A DNA stretch of 64,000 nucleotides, from NCBI GenBank assembly GCA_035495955.1, contig DATJFE010000082.1:45460-109459 (forward strand), given 5' to 3'. The translations under genes and the position numbers were made by a program. Positions 19,429 to 28,910 of the stretch are shown here, one piece after another (the first letter of the stretch is position 1; every line of letters starts with the position of its first letter). A model generated the notes under the pieces. It was given only the letters and a program-made list of their open reading frames with translations. It ran no database searches and was not told where the DNA came from. The DNA is from Vicinamibacterales bacterium. GTDB taxonomy: Bacteria > Acidobacteriota > Vicinamibacteria > Vicinamibacterales > 2-12-FULL-66-21.

Positions 19429-19498
19429 CCTGACCTCCGCGTGTGAGACCGGCGCAGTGTACACCGTCCAGCAACCACACGGCTTGCGGCCGTTCGGA

Positions 19499-19504
19499 TA
19501 GAAT
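19499..19504 (+). promoter_or_regulatory. TAGAAT -10 box 7 nt upstream of ATG 19512 (leaderless candidate)
   Basis: Reads cggaTAGAATccgacgcATG, with no SD. Confidence 0.4.
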
Positions 19505-19511
19505 CCGACGC

Positions 19512-22151
19512 ATGTGCAAGCAGCTGATTGCCGCGATTGGTGTCGTGATCGCGGTCGCGATCCCCCACGCGCAGTCGCGCGCTTCCGGCGTGCCGGCTCC
19601 CGAGTCCGTTTTCGGCTTCGCCCCTGGCGCCGACTACAAACTGGCCACTTACGAGCAGTCGATCGCCTATTTCAAGAAACTTGCGGCCGCGAGCCGATGC
19701 ATCAGGCTCTACGAGGCGGGAAAGACGACGCAGGGAAGGACGATGTACTTTGCGTTGATCTCCACGCCGGAGAACCTGGCGAAGATCGATCGATACCGCG
19801 AGATCTGGCAGCGGCTCGCGCATCCGCAGGGACTCGACGAGACCGAGGCGAAGAAGCTCGCGGCCGAAGGAAAAGCGCTCGTCCACATCGACGGCGGCCT
19901 GCACGCGACCGAGGTGGCCGGTCCCCAACACACGCCGCTGCTCGCCTACGACCTGTTGAGCAGAGTCACCGAGCCGGCGGTCAAAGCGATGCTCGACAAC
20001 GTGGTCCTCATGCTGTGGCCGACGATCAATCCCGATGGCCAGCAGATGGTCGCCGAGTGGTACATGAGGAACGTCGGCACGCCCTACGAGCTGTCGGGCC
20101 TGCCGCGCCTGTATCAGGAATACGTCGGGCACGACAACAACCGCGACGCCTACATGCTGAACATGATCGAGTCGCGCGCGATCGAGCACACCTGGCGCCA
20201 GTGGGAGCCGCAGATCGTCTACGTGCACCATCAGTCAGGTCCGTTCCCGACGCGCATCTGGCTGCCGCCCTTCTCAGAGCCCGTCGGCGTCGAAGCACCG
20301 CCGGTCATCGCGCGTGAAGTGAACATGCTCGGCATGGCGATGGCGAAGGGACTGGACGAGAAAGGGCAGCCAGGCGCGACGCACATGGGAACGGCGTTCG
20401 ACGCCTGGTATCCGGGTTACATCGACTACGCGCCGGTCTTCAAGAACATCGCGGCCTATTGGACCGAGACGGCGCTCTACCAGTACGCGACGCCGCACCA
20501 GTACACGATCGACGATTTCCCGGCGAACGTGCGCGACCTGCGGCCGCAGAGCCTCTATTCGAGTCCATGGCCGCCCGGCTGGTGGCGCCTGCGCGACGCG
20601 GTCGACTACATGGAAACGGCATCGCTGGCGACCATCGAGTTCGCGGCGAAGTACAAGGACTCGCTGCTGCTGAATCGGTACCGGGCCGGCCGCGATCAAA
20701 TCGCCCTGGGCGTCAAGAAGCCTCCGTACGCATACGTCGTCCCGCAGCAGCAGCGCGATCCGGTCGCCGCCGTGGAGCTGCTCCGGCGCCTGGCGTTCGG
20801 CGGCGTGCGGGTATCGCAGCTCACGGGCGACACCGCGATTGACGGCACGTCGTATCCGGCAGGCACGTGGATCGTGCCGACCGATCAGGAGTTCGCCGCG
20901 ATGGCGCGCGAAGTCCTCGACGTCCAGAAGTATCCCGATCTCCGTCAATTCCCGGGCGGCCCGCCCGAGCGGCCGTACGACGCCGCGGGTTGGACGCTGC
21001 CGCTGCAGATGGGCGTGGATGTGATCGCGATAAAGACGCCGTTATCGGTCGAGGCGCGCGCCGGGATGAAACTCCTCGGTCCGATGCCGGATCCGAAAGT
21101 GAAGCCGACGCCTTACACCGCCTCGTCGGCCGACGCCGCGCCGTTCGACAGCGTGCCGGGCGCAGGATTCGATACCGAAGCCGGCGCCGCCGCCATCGTT
21201 CCGCCGCCAGGGCGGGTCACCGGTACCGGACCCATCCTCTGGGTCGACGCCGCCCAGAACAACAGCTATCGCGCCATCAACCGCGCGTGGAAGATGGGCG
21301 CGAGCGTTTCCTACGCGAACGGCCGGTACGGGCTCTCGACCTTGTCGGAGGCGCAGCAGAACGAGCTGGCGTCGGCAGTGGCGATTTCCGCGCAGCGCGG
21401 GCCCGCGGCGGGCGTGCCGATCAAGCGGCCGCGCATCGGGTTGTTCCAGCCGTGGACCGGCAGCATGGACGAAGGCTGGACCCGCTGGGTCCTCGAGCAG
21501 TACGGCTTCGAGTACGTCTCGCTCCATCCCGCGGACTTCAAATCGCCCCTGACCGGCAAGGTCGACGTGGTCGTCCTTGCCGACGACGCGAGGGTGCCGG
21601 TTGAGGGAGCGGCGGGCGGCCGCGGCGGCGGCCGGGCGCAGGTGCGCCCCGAATATGCCGATCGGCTCTCGGCGGCCGACGTGGGATCGTTCGAGCAATT
21701 CATCCGTGCCGGCGGCACGCTCGTGTGCCTGAATACGGCGAGCGCCTTTCCCATCCAGCAATTCAAGCTGCCGGTGAAGAACGCGGTCGCCGGGCTCCGC
21801 TCCGAGGAATTCTTCCTGCACGGCAGCATCGTCGAAATCATCACAGATCCGGCACAGCAGGCGATGGCGGGGATGCCGGCGACTGCCGCTGTGTTCGCGG
21901 ATGGCAGTCCGGCGTTCGAAACCCTGGATGGATTCAACGGGAAGATCCTGGCGAAGTACCGGGATACGGGCTCGCCGCTGCTCTCCGGCTACCTCATCGG
22001 TGAGAAGTATCTCAATGGCAAGGCGGCGGCACTCGATGTGCAGCTCGAATCCGGTCATGTCGTGCTTCTCGGCTTCCGGCCGGAATGGCGCGGTCAGCCG
22101 TTCGGGACGTTCAAGGTTCTGTTCAACGCTGTTCTGAGCGCCGGCCGCTGA
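19512..22151 (+). CDS. Secreted M14-family metallocarboxypeptidase-like protein, paralogue of 14633..17380
   Basis: MCKQLIAAIGVVIAVAIPHAQS signal. IDGGLHATEVAG, INPDGQQMVAEWYMRN, YQEYVGHDNNRDAY are collinear with the first M14 gene. Loop GAAGGRGGGR. Confidence 0.8.
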   Translation: MCKQLIAAIGVVIAVAIPHAQSRASGVPAPESVFGFAPGADYKLATYEQSIAYFKKLAAASRCIRLYEAGKTTQGRTMYFALISTPENLAKIDRYREIWQRLAHPQGLDETEAKKLAAEGKALVHIDGGLHATEVAGPQHTPLLAYDLLSRVTEPAVKAMLDNVVLMLWPTINPDGQQMVAEWYMRNVGTPYELSGLPRLYQEYVGHDNNRDAYMLNMIESRAIEHTWRQWEPQIVYVHHQSGPFPTRIWLPPFSEPVGVEAPPVIAREVNMLGMAMAKGLDEKGQPGATHMGTAFDAWYPGYIDYAPVFKNIAAYWTETALYQYATPHQYTIDDFPANVRDLRPQSLYSSPWPPGWWRLRDAVDYMETASLATIEFAAKYKDSLLLNRYRAGRDQIALGVKKPPYAYVVPQQQRDPVAAVELLRRLAFGGVRVSQLTGDTAIDGTSYPAGTWIVPTDQEFAAMAREVLDVQKYPDLRQFPGGPPERPYDAAGWTLPLQMGVDVIAIKTPLSVEARAGMKLLGPMPDPKVKPTPYTASSADAAPFDSVPGAGFDTEAGAAAIVPPPGRVTGTGPILWVDAAQNNSYRAINRAWKMGASVSYANGRYGLSTLSEAQQNELASAVAISAQRGPAAGVPIKRPRIGLFQPWTGSMDEGWTRWVLEQYGFEYVSLHPADFKSPLTGKVDVVVLADDARVPVEGAAGGRGGGRAQVRPEYADRLSAADVGSFEQFIRAGGTLVCLNTASAFPIQQFKLPVKNAVAGLRSEEFFLHGSIVEIITDPAQQAMAGMPATAAVFADGSPAFETLDGFNGKILAKYRDTGSPLLSGYLIGEKYLNGKAAALDVQLESGHVVLLGFRPEWRGQPFGTFKVLFNAVLSAGR

Positions 22152-23281
22152 CGCGGCTCGTCAGGGCCGGAATCCTCGCCGTCGTCGTGCTCGCGCCGCG
22201 CCCCGCAGGCGCGTACTCCGTTCTGGCGCACGAGTCGAACATCGACGCGCTCTGGGATGCGAAGATCCGTCCGCTCCTGCTCGCCAGATACCCGCGCACC
22301 TCCGCCGCGGCGCTGACGCAGGCGCGCGCCTATGCGTACGGCGGTTCGGTGATCCAGGACCTCGGGTACTATCCGTTCGGCAGCGCCTTTTTCACGAATC
22401 TGCTGCACTACGTCAAGACGGGCGACTTCGTCCGGGCGATGCTGCGCGACTCGCAGGACGTGAACGACTACGCGTTCGCCATCGGGGCGCTGTGCCATTA
22501 CGCGTCCGACGCGGACGGGCACGCGGTCGCGGTGAATCGCGCGGTCCCGCTCATCTATCCAAAGCTGCGGAAGAAATTCGGCGACAGCGTCCCGTACGAC
22601 GAGGCGCCGAAAGAGCACATCCTCGTCGAGTTCGCGTTCGACGTCCTGCTCGTCGCCAACGGCGGATACAAGCTGCAGGCCTACCACGACTACATCGGCT
22701 TCAAGGTCGCCGAGCCGCTGCTCGAACGCGCCTTCCGCGAGACCTACGGCCTCGAGATGAAGGATCTCTTCATGAGCGAAGACCTCGCGTTCTCGACGTT
22801 CCGGCACGGCGTCGGCACGACGATTCCGAGCGTCACGAAAGTGGCATGGCAGAAGAAACAGGATCAGATCCGGCGTACGACCCCAGGCGCCGTGCGCGAG
22901 AAGTTCGTGCTGACGCTGCCGCGCGCGGCCTACGAGAAGGAATTCGGAGCGGATTATCAGAAGCCGCACGGCCTGATGCGCGTGCTCGGCTTTCTCTATG
23001 CGCTCGTGCCCAAGATCGGTCCGCTGCGGCCGCTCTCGTTCAAAGTGCCGACGCCGGAGGCGGAGAAGTTGTTTCTGGAAAGCCTGACGCGCACGCGCGC
23101 GCGGTTCGGCGATTCGCTCGACGAGCTTCGCCGGGGCCGGCTCGAGCTGCGGAACATCAATCTCGACACCGGGAAGCCGTCAGCGGCCGGCACGTACGCT
23201 CTCGCCGACGAGACGCTGCGGGAGCTGCAGCGAAAGCAGGCGGACGGCACCCACGCGGTTACGCACGCGCGAAATCGATGA
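22085..23281 (+). CDS. Secreted protein, zinc-dependent phospholipase C-like fold candidate
   Basis: Signal-like ILAVVVLAPRPAGA then YSVLAHESNIDALWD, VIQDLGYYPFG, GALCHYASDADGH. The ATG 22085 start overlaps the upstream gene by 67 nt and no better start was seen. Confidence 0.45.
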   Translation: MARSAVRDVQGSVQRCSERRPLTRLVRAGILAVVVLAPRPAGAYSVLAHESNIDALWDAKIRPLLLARYPRTSAAALTQARAYAYGGSVIQDLGYYPFGSAFFTNLLHYVKTGDFVRAMLRDSQDVNDYAFAIGALCHYASDADGHAVAVNRAVPLIYPKLRKKFGDSVPYDEAPKEHILVEFAFDVLLVANGGYKLQAYHDYIGFKVAEPLLERAFRETYGLEMKDLFMSEDLAFSTFRHGVGTTIPSVTKVAWQKKQDQIRRTTPGAVREKFVLTLPRAAYEKEFGADYQKPHGLMRVLGFLYALVPKIGPLRPLSFKVPTPEAEKLFLESLTRTRARFGDSLDELRRGRLELRNINLDTGKPSAAGTYALADETLRELQRKQADGTHAVTHARNR

Positions 23282-24707
23282 AGCCGCGCCGCGCGTCGGT
23301 GCTCGTCAGCCTGACGCGCGTGTGATCGCCGACGTCGAGCCCCGCAGCGCCGCGTTCGAGCCGTCCTTCGACGGGCAGGCCGGCCAATCGGACCCAGGTG
23401 CCCTTGGGGCCGGCGCCGGTCACGATAGCGTCGAACTGCTGCCCGATCCGTCCGCCGAGCCACAGCGCCGCCGCCGCCTTCTTCGTCAATCGCTCCACCT
23501 TGTTGGCGGCATCCTCTCGATCCGTGCAGTGCTGCGCCAGGGCCGTGAGCGACGGGATCTGATAGGGCGGCGGCTGGCCGGCGAGCGCCGCTTTCACCAG
23601 ACGCTGCGTCAGGACGTCGGGGAAGCGCCGATTCGGCGCCGTCGCATGCGAGTAGCCCTGCGACGCCAGGGCGAAATGCAGGCTCGGCGCACCGGGCGCT
23701 TCCGCCACGTACTCGCCCCGCCCCAGCAGCTTGATGATCGCGAGTGAGAGATCGACGAATGTGTCGGGCGCCGCCGCGCGCTGCGCCTTCAGGAACTGCT
23801 GGAGCGCCACGGCGTCGGGCGCGGCCGGCAGCGTCGTGCCCCGCTGCGCCGCGAGATCCACGATTCGCGCCCATCGCTCCGGCGCGCGGACGACGCGCCG
23901 GATAGAGGGGAAGCCCTTCGCGTTCAGGAAGCGCACGGTCGCGGCGTTGGACGCGATCATGAAGTTCTCGATCAGCGCCTTGGCGCGATTGGGTAGCTCC
24001 GTCGTGAGGTCCTTGACGCCGTCATCGTCCACGATCGGCCGCAGCTCGGACCGATCGAAGTCCAGCGCGCCCTGGGCGTCGCGCTCGTGCTGCAGCAGGC
24101 CTGCGAGACGATCCTGAAGACGCAGCTGGGCCTCGAGCTCGGAGACGCGCGCGAGCGGCGGCGGCGGCGGCCCCGTGCCGTCGAGCCACGCGGCGACCGC
24201 CGAGTACGTGAGCTGCGCGCGGTTGCGCACCAGCGCGCGATAGACGGTCGAGTCTGCCACGCGTCCATCGGAGGCGACGGTGAGGTCCACAACGACTGCC
24301 TCGCGATCTTCGGCTTCGTTGAGCGACGTCCGATCCGTCGACAGCTCCGGCGGCAGCATAGGGAAGATGACCGCGGGGGTGTACACCGACGTGGTGTTGA
24401 TCCGCGCGTGATCGTCCAGCGGGGAATCGCGCGGCACCAGCGCGTCGACGTCGGCGATGCCGACCAGCACCCGCGTCGCGGCGCCGTCGGTCACGCACAC
24501 CTCGATCTGATCTAGGTCGCGCGAATCGTCGTTGTCGATGGAGGACCAGGGCAGTCCGCGCAGGTCGCGGACCGCTGCCGGCGATGGCGCTCCCGCCGCC
24601 GCGTGGGCCTGTGCGAGCGCCCGCGCCGAAAAATCGGGCTCGAATCCGCGCGCGCGCATCGCCTCGCGCGCGATGTCCTGCAGCTCTTGCTTTTGTGAAC
24701 CGTTCAC
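23259..24707 (-). CDS. RNB-domain exoribonuclease (RNase II/R family) with C-terminal S1-like domain
   Basis: WSSIDNDDSRDLDQ, HFALASQGYSHATAPNRRFPDVLTQR (RNB catalytic region), C-terminal FDAIVTGAGPKGTWVRL. Confidence 0.8.
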   Translation of the reverse strand: MNGSQKQELQDIAREAMRARGFEPDFSARALAQAHAAAGAPSPAAVRDLRGLPWSSIDNDDSRDLDQIEVCVTDGAATRVLVGIADVDALVPRDSPLDDHARINTTSVYTPAVIFPMLPPELSTDRTSLNEAEDREAVVVDLTVASDGRVADSTVYRALVRNRAQLTYSAVAAWLDGTGPPPPPLARVSELEAQLRLQDRLAGLLQHERDAQGALDFDRSELRPIVDDDGVKDLTTELPNRAKALIENFMIASNAATVRFLNAKGFPSIRRVVRAPERWARIVDLAAQRGTTLPAAPDAVALQQFLKAQRAAAPDTFVDLSLAIIKLLGRGEYVAEAPGAPSLHFALASQGYSHATAPNRRFPDVLTQRLVKAALAGQPPPYQIPSLTALAQHCTDREDAANKVERLTKKAAAALWLGGRIGQQFDAIVTGAGPKGTWVRLAGLPVEGRLERGAAGLDVGDHTRVRLTSTDARRGFIDFARA

Positions 24708-24716
24708 TCTCTAAGG

Positions 24717-26834
24717 TTACCTTGGAGCGGTGACCGGACGCGGCAATCGCTGTCTCAGCTCGCGGAGCCACTGGAGAACGACGATGGCGCTGTCCGCACG
24801 CGCGGACTGGCGCTGGATGAGCAGGCGGCCGCCGGGCGCGACGGCGAGCACGCGGGCGCCGGGACGGTCGAACACGATCTCGCGCGCGCCGACATGCACC
24901 TCGTGCGCCGGATCGAACGCGGCGCGGACGAGTCGATCGCCGTCGTGGAAGTAGAGGGATCGTCCGTCGCCGCTCCACGATGGGCGTTCCCCTCCGCCGG
25001 TCGACACCGGGATTCGACGCGGGTCGCCGCGGCGCACGACGTACACGTCGCGCCGGCCGTTTTCGTCGGAGTCGAACGCGATCCACGCGCCGTCCGGAGA
25101 GAAGGCGCCTGACGACTGATCGAACGGGCCGTCGACGACGGGTTGCGGTTTGCCATCGCGCGCCGCGGTGACCAGCGTCGTCCGCCCGTCGGCTGATATC
25201 CGCACCGCGGCGATCGTGCCGTCCGGCGCAATCGAGCTGGGGAACAGGTTGTCCTGCGAGAATCCGGACAGCGCGGCGACGTGAAACAGTCCGTCGCGGC
25301 CTCGCGTCGCGTAGACAAGGTCTCCGCGCGCCGACCACGCGGGTGAGACGTTCGCGCCGCCGAAAGTCACGCGCGTCAGCGCGCCGCTCTGGAGGTCGAT
25401 CCTCCAGATATCCGACCCGGTGACATCGGCCGTCACGCCCGCCGCCTGGCGTCCGTCCGGCGAGATCGTCAACTGCGCGAGGTTTGCCGCGTTGGCCACC
25501 GCGCGGTCAGGAGCGTCGTTCCATTCGACCGTGCGATGGGTCGCGGCTCTGCGGACGGCGACCAGCGTTCCACCGCCGACGGCAAACGGTGCGCCCGTGT
25601 CGTCGTCTGCGGCGGCGTCGAGGACGGAGTCGGAGGCGCCGGTGAGCGCGAGCGCTCCCTCGTCGAACGTGACCGCCTGAAGGTCGCTGCCGCCAGAGAC
25701 GAGCAGGTATCCGCGGCCTGCGGGGACGCCTCGCGTGACGCCGCCGCGGAGCGATCGCCATGTTCGCGACGGCAACGACAGCACGGCGAGGTGCCCGGGC
25801 GCGCCTGGCACGGGGGAGGTGGCGACGGTGAACACGATCGCGCGTCCGCCCGGGAGCCACGACGGCCACAGATGCCGAAGCTCCCCGCGCGCGAACTGCG
25901 GCGTCGTGAGCGGTGTCACCTCGCCGCCCTGATCCGACGCGAGCGACAGGCCACCGGCCGGCAGTCCGCTGAACACGATCCGGCCGTCTTCGCCCCACGA
26001 CGCGCCGCCTGGCACCGGCGCGTCTGCGAGCGGGACCGGCGATCCGCCCGAAACCGAGACCTTGCGCAGCTTGCCGTCGGCGAAGAATCCGAGCCAGCGT
26101 CCATCCGGCGAGAAGAAGGGGGCGGCCGCGCCGTCGGTGCCGGCGAGGCGAACCGCGTCGAGGCGATCGATCGGTCGGACGAAGAGTCCGCAGACGTCCG
26201 TCGCGCCGTCACAGCCGGCCCATGCGAGGGTGCGGCCGTCCGGCGAGACGGCGAGCGCGGGCGCCCGGCGATCGAACGACGATCCTGGCGTCGGCCTGAC
26301 ATCGAAGCGCGCGATCGGCGGCGGTTCCGGCGATTGTTCGCGTACGCCGCGCCAGACCCCCGCCGTCGCCAGCGCGAGACTCAAAATGGTCACGCTCCAT
26401 GGCAAAAGCTGCCACGCAATCGATGGCTTGACCGCTGCAGAATCAGCTCTGGCACCACTTGACACTGCAAAGTGTGAATCCGGGGTCAGACCCCGCGCCG
26501 TCCCTAATCTCTCGACGGCCGGGTCGTTGTGGCGCAGCGGCGGTAGAAAGCGGTACCCGCGGCGGTGGATGGTCTGGATGTAGCGCGGCGACTGCGGGTC
26601 GTCGCCCAGCGCCTGCCGCAGCACGCTGACCGCTTCGGCGAGGGACGTGTCGGTGACGAACGCGTCCTTCCACACGCGGTCGAGCAGGTCCTGCCGCGCG
26701 ATGATCTGTCCGGGACGCTCGATCAGCAATTCCAGGACGCCCAGGACGCGCGGCGGCAGCGCCACCTCCGTGCCATCGCGCCAGAGCAGCCGGTTCTCGG
26801 GATCGAACGCGAACGGCCCGAAGCTGATCCGCAT
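24717..26834 (-). CDS. CadC/OmpR-type winged-helix regulator fused through one TM helix to a TolB-like beta-propeller
   Basis: N-terminus: LPPRVLGVLELLIERPGQIIARQDLLDRVWKDAFVTDTSLAEAVSVLRQALGD...IQTIHRRGYRF. TM segment LLPWSVTILSLALATAGVW. The C-terminal part has repeated SPDGR/FSPDG propeller blades. Confidence 0.8.
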   Translation of the reverse strand: MRISFGPFAFDPENRLLWRDGTEVALPPRVLGVLELLIERPGQIIARQDLLDRVWKDAFVTDTSLAEAVSVLRQALGDDPQSPRYIQTIHRRGYRFLPPLRHNDPAVERLGTARGLTPDSHFAVSSGARADSAAVKPSIAWQLLPWSVTILSLALATAGVWRGVREQSPEPPPIARFDVRPTPGSSFDRRAPALAVSPDGRTLAWAGCDGATDVCGLFVRPIDRLDAVRLAGTDGAAAPFFSPDGRWLGFFADGKLRKVSVSGGSPVPLADAPVPGGASWGEDGRIVFSGLPAGGLSLASDQGGEVTPLTTPQFARGELRHLWPSWLPGGRAIVFTVATSPVPGAPGHLAVLSLPSRTWRSLRGGVTRGVPAGRGYLLVSGGSDLQAVTFDEGALALTGASDSVLDAAADDDTGAPFAVGGGTLVAVRRAATHRTVEWNDAPDRAVANAANLAQLTISPDGRQAAGVTADVTGSDIWRIDLQSGALTRVTFGGANVSPAWSARGDLVYATRGRDGLFHVAALSGFSQDNLFPSSIAPDGTIAAVRISADGRTTLVTAARDGKPQPVVDGPFDQSSGAFSPDGAWIAFDSDENGRRDVYVVRRGDPRRIPVSTGGGERPSWSGDGRSLYFHDGDRLVRAAFDPAHEVHVGAREIVFDRPGARVLAVAPGGRLLIQRQSARADSAIVVLQWLRELRQRLPRPVTAPR

Positions 26835-27270
26835 CGTAAGAACAACTTACCAGACCGTCTTGAGGAGGAGATGGAGTTGATGAGGTTACCCCAGTTTCAT
26901 TGGCAATTTCGCCACTCGACTCGATGGCTTGTGATGTCTGACGAGCGTTGATTTAGCTTGGGTATTAGACAGTTCTTCGACAAGCTCGCTCGGTACTTTC
27001 ATACTACCTGCCATGCTACGATGCCCGCCCGTCGTATTCCGACCCGACAATGTGACAGGTGCGGCGACCGGGCAGACACAACTATTCTGTTCTGACCAAA
27101 CTGTCACCTGCCGGTTGTCCCGTCCGACGATGGTGGGCTACGCCGGTCGGACATCTGGATCGCCGTCCTCGTCACAGCGGCGATCATGCTGGCGCTGTTT
27201 ATCGCAATGGCGCTCGCGTCGTCGCGCTAATTTCTCGCGACCGTCGAAACGGCTATCGTGCAGAAGATGA

Positions 27271-27996
27271 TTACTTGATGACGATGTCCACGCCGGTCGT
27301 CTGGCCTGCCGGCACCGTCAGGTATGTGACCTGTCCAGGACCAGCCGCCGCACTCAGATAGGAGACCTCGGTCGAAGGCAACCCGCAGAGCAGGTAGCGC
27401 CCCTGCGAGTCGCTGGTGGTGACGGCGGCTGGAAAGTCCTCAACTGGCTCGAAATCGACAAACGCACCTGCCGCCGGCGTGTGAGTGCCGTTCGTCTCAA
27501 GATACACAGTGCCGGAAATGATCCTGGTGCCGGGTGAGGTCATCCACGGGGCGCTAGTCGTGAACAGCTGAGCCGATGGCACCATCTGCGCATCCATTGT
27601 CGTGTCGCTACCAACGACGCTGACGGGCGCCGACGCACACTGCTGACGGTAACCGTCTTTCCAGAGCTGCAGTCGGACAGACGCGTTGGCAAGTCCGACG
27701 AGTTGATAGTGGCCGCCCGCGTCGGTCTGGTGCGGTCCGGTCGCCCACATGTACGAGTAGCCCAATGACCCTGTGGCGACCCACGCGGAGTACGAAACGC
27801 CTGAGAGCGGCTGCCCAGTCGTCGCGTCATAGACAATGCCGGACACCGTACCGCTTCCCTTGGGCACTATCGGTCCGGATGGGGATGGAGTCACTGGGGA
27901 GCCGGGGGTAGACGGAGTCGGAGCGGTCGGCGGAGCCCCGCGACCGCACGCAGCGACGAATAACGCTAGGCAACAGGCAACGACGACTCTCTTCAT
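27271..27996 (-). CDS. Lipoprotein with two carboxypeptidase-regulatory-like (CarboxypepD_reg) domains
   Basis: Lipobox LFVAAC. GTVSGIVYDATTGQPLSGVSY...TDAGGHYQLVGL and ISGTVYLE...SDSQGRYLLCGLP. SD gaggtgg lies before the ATG. GC is lower than the flanks. Confidence 0.65.
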   Translation of the reverse strand: MKRVVVACCLALFVAACGRGAPPTAPTPSTPGSPVTPSPSGPIVPKGSGTVSGIVYDATTGQPLSGVSYSAWVATGSLGYSYMWATGPHQTDAGGHYQLVGLANASVRLQLWKDGYRQQCASAPVSVVGSDTTMDAQMVPSAQLFTTSAPWMTSPGTRIISGTVYLETNGTHTPAAGAFVDFEPVEDFPAAVTTSDSQGRYLLCGLPSTEVSYLSAAAGPGQVTYLTVPAGQTTGVDIVIK

Positions 27997-28038
27997 CGTC
28001 CACCTCGTCAGAGTGTCGCGTGTTGACGCCTGGGAAGC

Positions 28039-28044
28039 GATTCT
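28039..28044 (-). promoter_or_regulatory. TAGAAT -10 box upstream of the lipoprotein gene
   Basis: Minus strand reads cctgaggTAGAATcgcttccc...gaggtggacgATG. Confidence 0.35.
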
Positions 28045-28336
28045 ACCTCAGGTTCGGAAGACTCTTTTGAGGTTTCTTTGGGATTAGACGAACTCAGCGC
28101 CGGCGGGATCGGCTATCGCTCCACGCGCGGTACGCGGGACGGTACTCTCAAATGTACGCGGCAGTCTGGACACACAAACTGGGTCGAGTAGCTCCCGGTG
28201 TGCTCAATTCGCACCAGAACTTTGCAGGGAGGGTCGTCGTCCACGGGGAACTTTCGGACGGAAGTATCGACCGAAGGGCGACGGCTGTAAAGCTGAGCCA
28301 CGCGTGGGAGCTGCACGGTTGAGAGGCTCGGAGGCC

Positions 28337-28450
28337 GGAAGATAGAATCCTTCGGCCAAGCCGCTTCGCAGCGTCCGTCTGCATCCCGGGGTTCACGTGT
28401 GCGTAGAGGTTCAGCGTTTGACGCCTTTCAGAAGAGCCTGAGCTCATCCA
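28337..28450 (-). pseudogene. Remnant of a tyrosine recombinase (phage-type integrase): last ~35 residues only
   Basis: Frame of track ORF 28148..28474 reads SSGSSERRQTLNLYAHVNPGMQTDAAKRLGRRIL. This matches the catalytic-Tyr C-terminal signature (LGHssi.tTl.lYsHv.p.mq..Aa..l). No upstream integrase body exists, because that position is occupied by gene 28428..28910. Confidence 0.6.
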
Positions 28451-28910
28451 TCTTGATCGACGCGATCGACACATTCACAATCTCTAATGCCGTTGGAAAG
28501 GTAGGTGGCAGGATCGCTCTGTAAACGAGTTTGCCTTCCGCCTCGGCTATGAGATTCGCTCCGACGATGAGTGACGCCAGTCGCATCGACGCAGGATTGA
28601 TGTCGAGCATCTCGTAGACGTCGACCCAGGTTCCTACACGGAGCTCAAACCTGACGCTGACTTGATTCGGTTCCGGGGCAGCCGGCGTCGGCTTGGGCGC
28701 CGGGTTGATGATATTGAGTTTGGCGAAGACTATCCAATTCCCTTCACCCAGCTTGAAAGACTGGACCAGCGTTTCGACCTTGCCGTCGTAACTCAGGGGT
28801 GGTAGCGGCGAGTTTGTTCGGTCTTCGGTCTTCTGCCGGACGAAGGGTCCGCGATAAGGGTTCAAAACGTCGTCGCGGTTATCGTGCTTCGCTACGGGGG
28901 ATACCATCAT
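28428..28910 (-). CDS. Hypothetical protein (160 aa), no recognisable domain
   Basis: Strong SD aaggagg 7 nt before ATGATG (MMVSPVAKHD...). About 54% GC versus about 68% in the flanks. Pro-rich linker PAPKPTPAAPEP. Confidence 0.55.
   Translation of the reverse strand: MMVSPVAKHDNRDDVLNPYRGPFVRQKTEDRTNSPLPPLSYDGKVETLVQSFKLGEGNWIVFAKLNIINPAPKPTPAAPEPNQVSVRFELRVGTWVDVYEMLDINPASMRLASLIVGANLIAEAEGKLVYRAILPPTFPTALEIVNVSIASIKMDELRLF

Noticed and set aside
14720-22058. ORFs 14720..16177(-), 16460..18004(-), 18064..19446(+), 18212..19519(-), 19425..20231(-), 21042..22058(-) and similar
   Set aside because: Each overlaps one of the three well-supported peptidase genes on the opposite strand or out of frame, and none has a recognisable domain.
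26886-27002. 38-aa minus-strand ORF (MKVPSELVEELSNTQAKSTLVRHHKPSSRVAKLPMKLG) just upstream of the CadC-like regulator
   Set aside because: It has no convincing SD, no recognisable family and low-GC non-coding-like composition. It cannot be supported from sequence alone.
27096-27230. Small hydrophobic peptide ORF (...DIWIAVLVTAAIMLALFIAMALASSR stop) downstream of a TCGACA-17-CATACT promoter-like site at 26977..27005
   Set aside because: There is no ATG, GTG or TTG start upstream of the TM segment in that frame and no SD. It could be chance in an AT-richer spacer.
28113-28316. 67-aa minus-strand ORF with C...CPDC next to the integrase remnant
   Set aside because: It has no SD, overlaps the read-through tail of the integrase-remnant frame, and shows no domain I can name. 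It may be debris of the decayed element.
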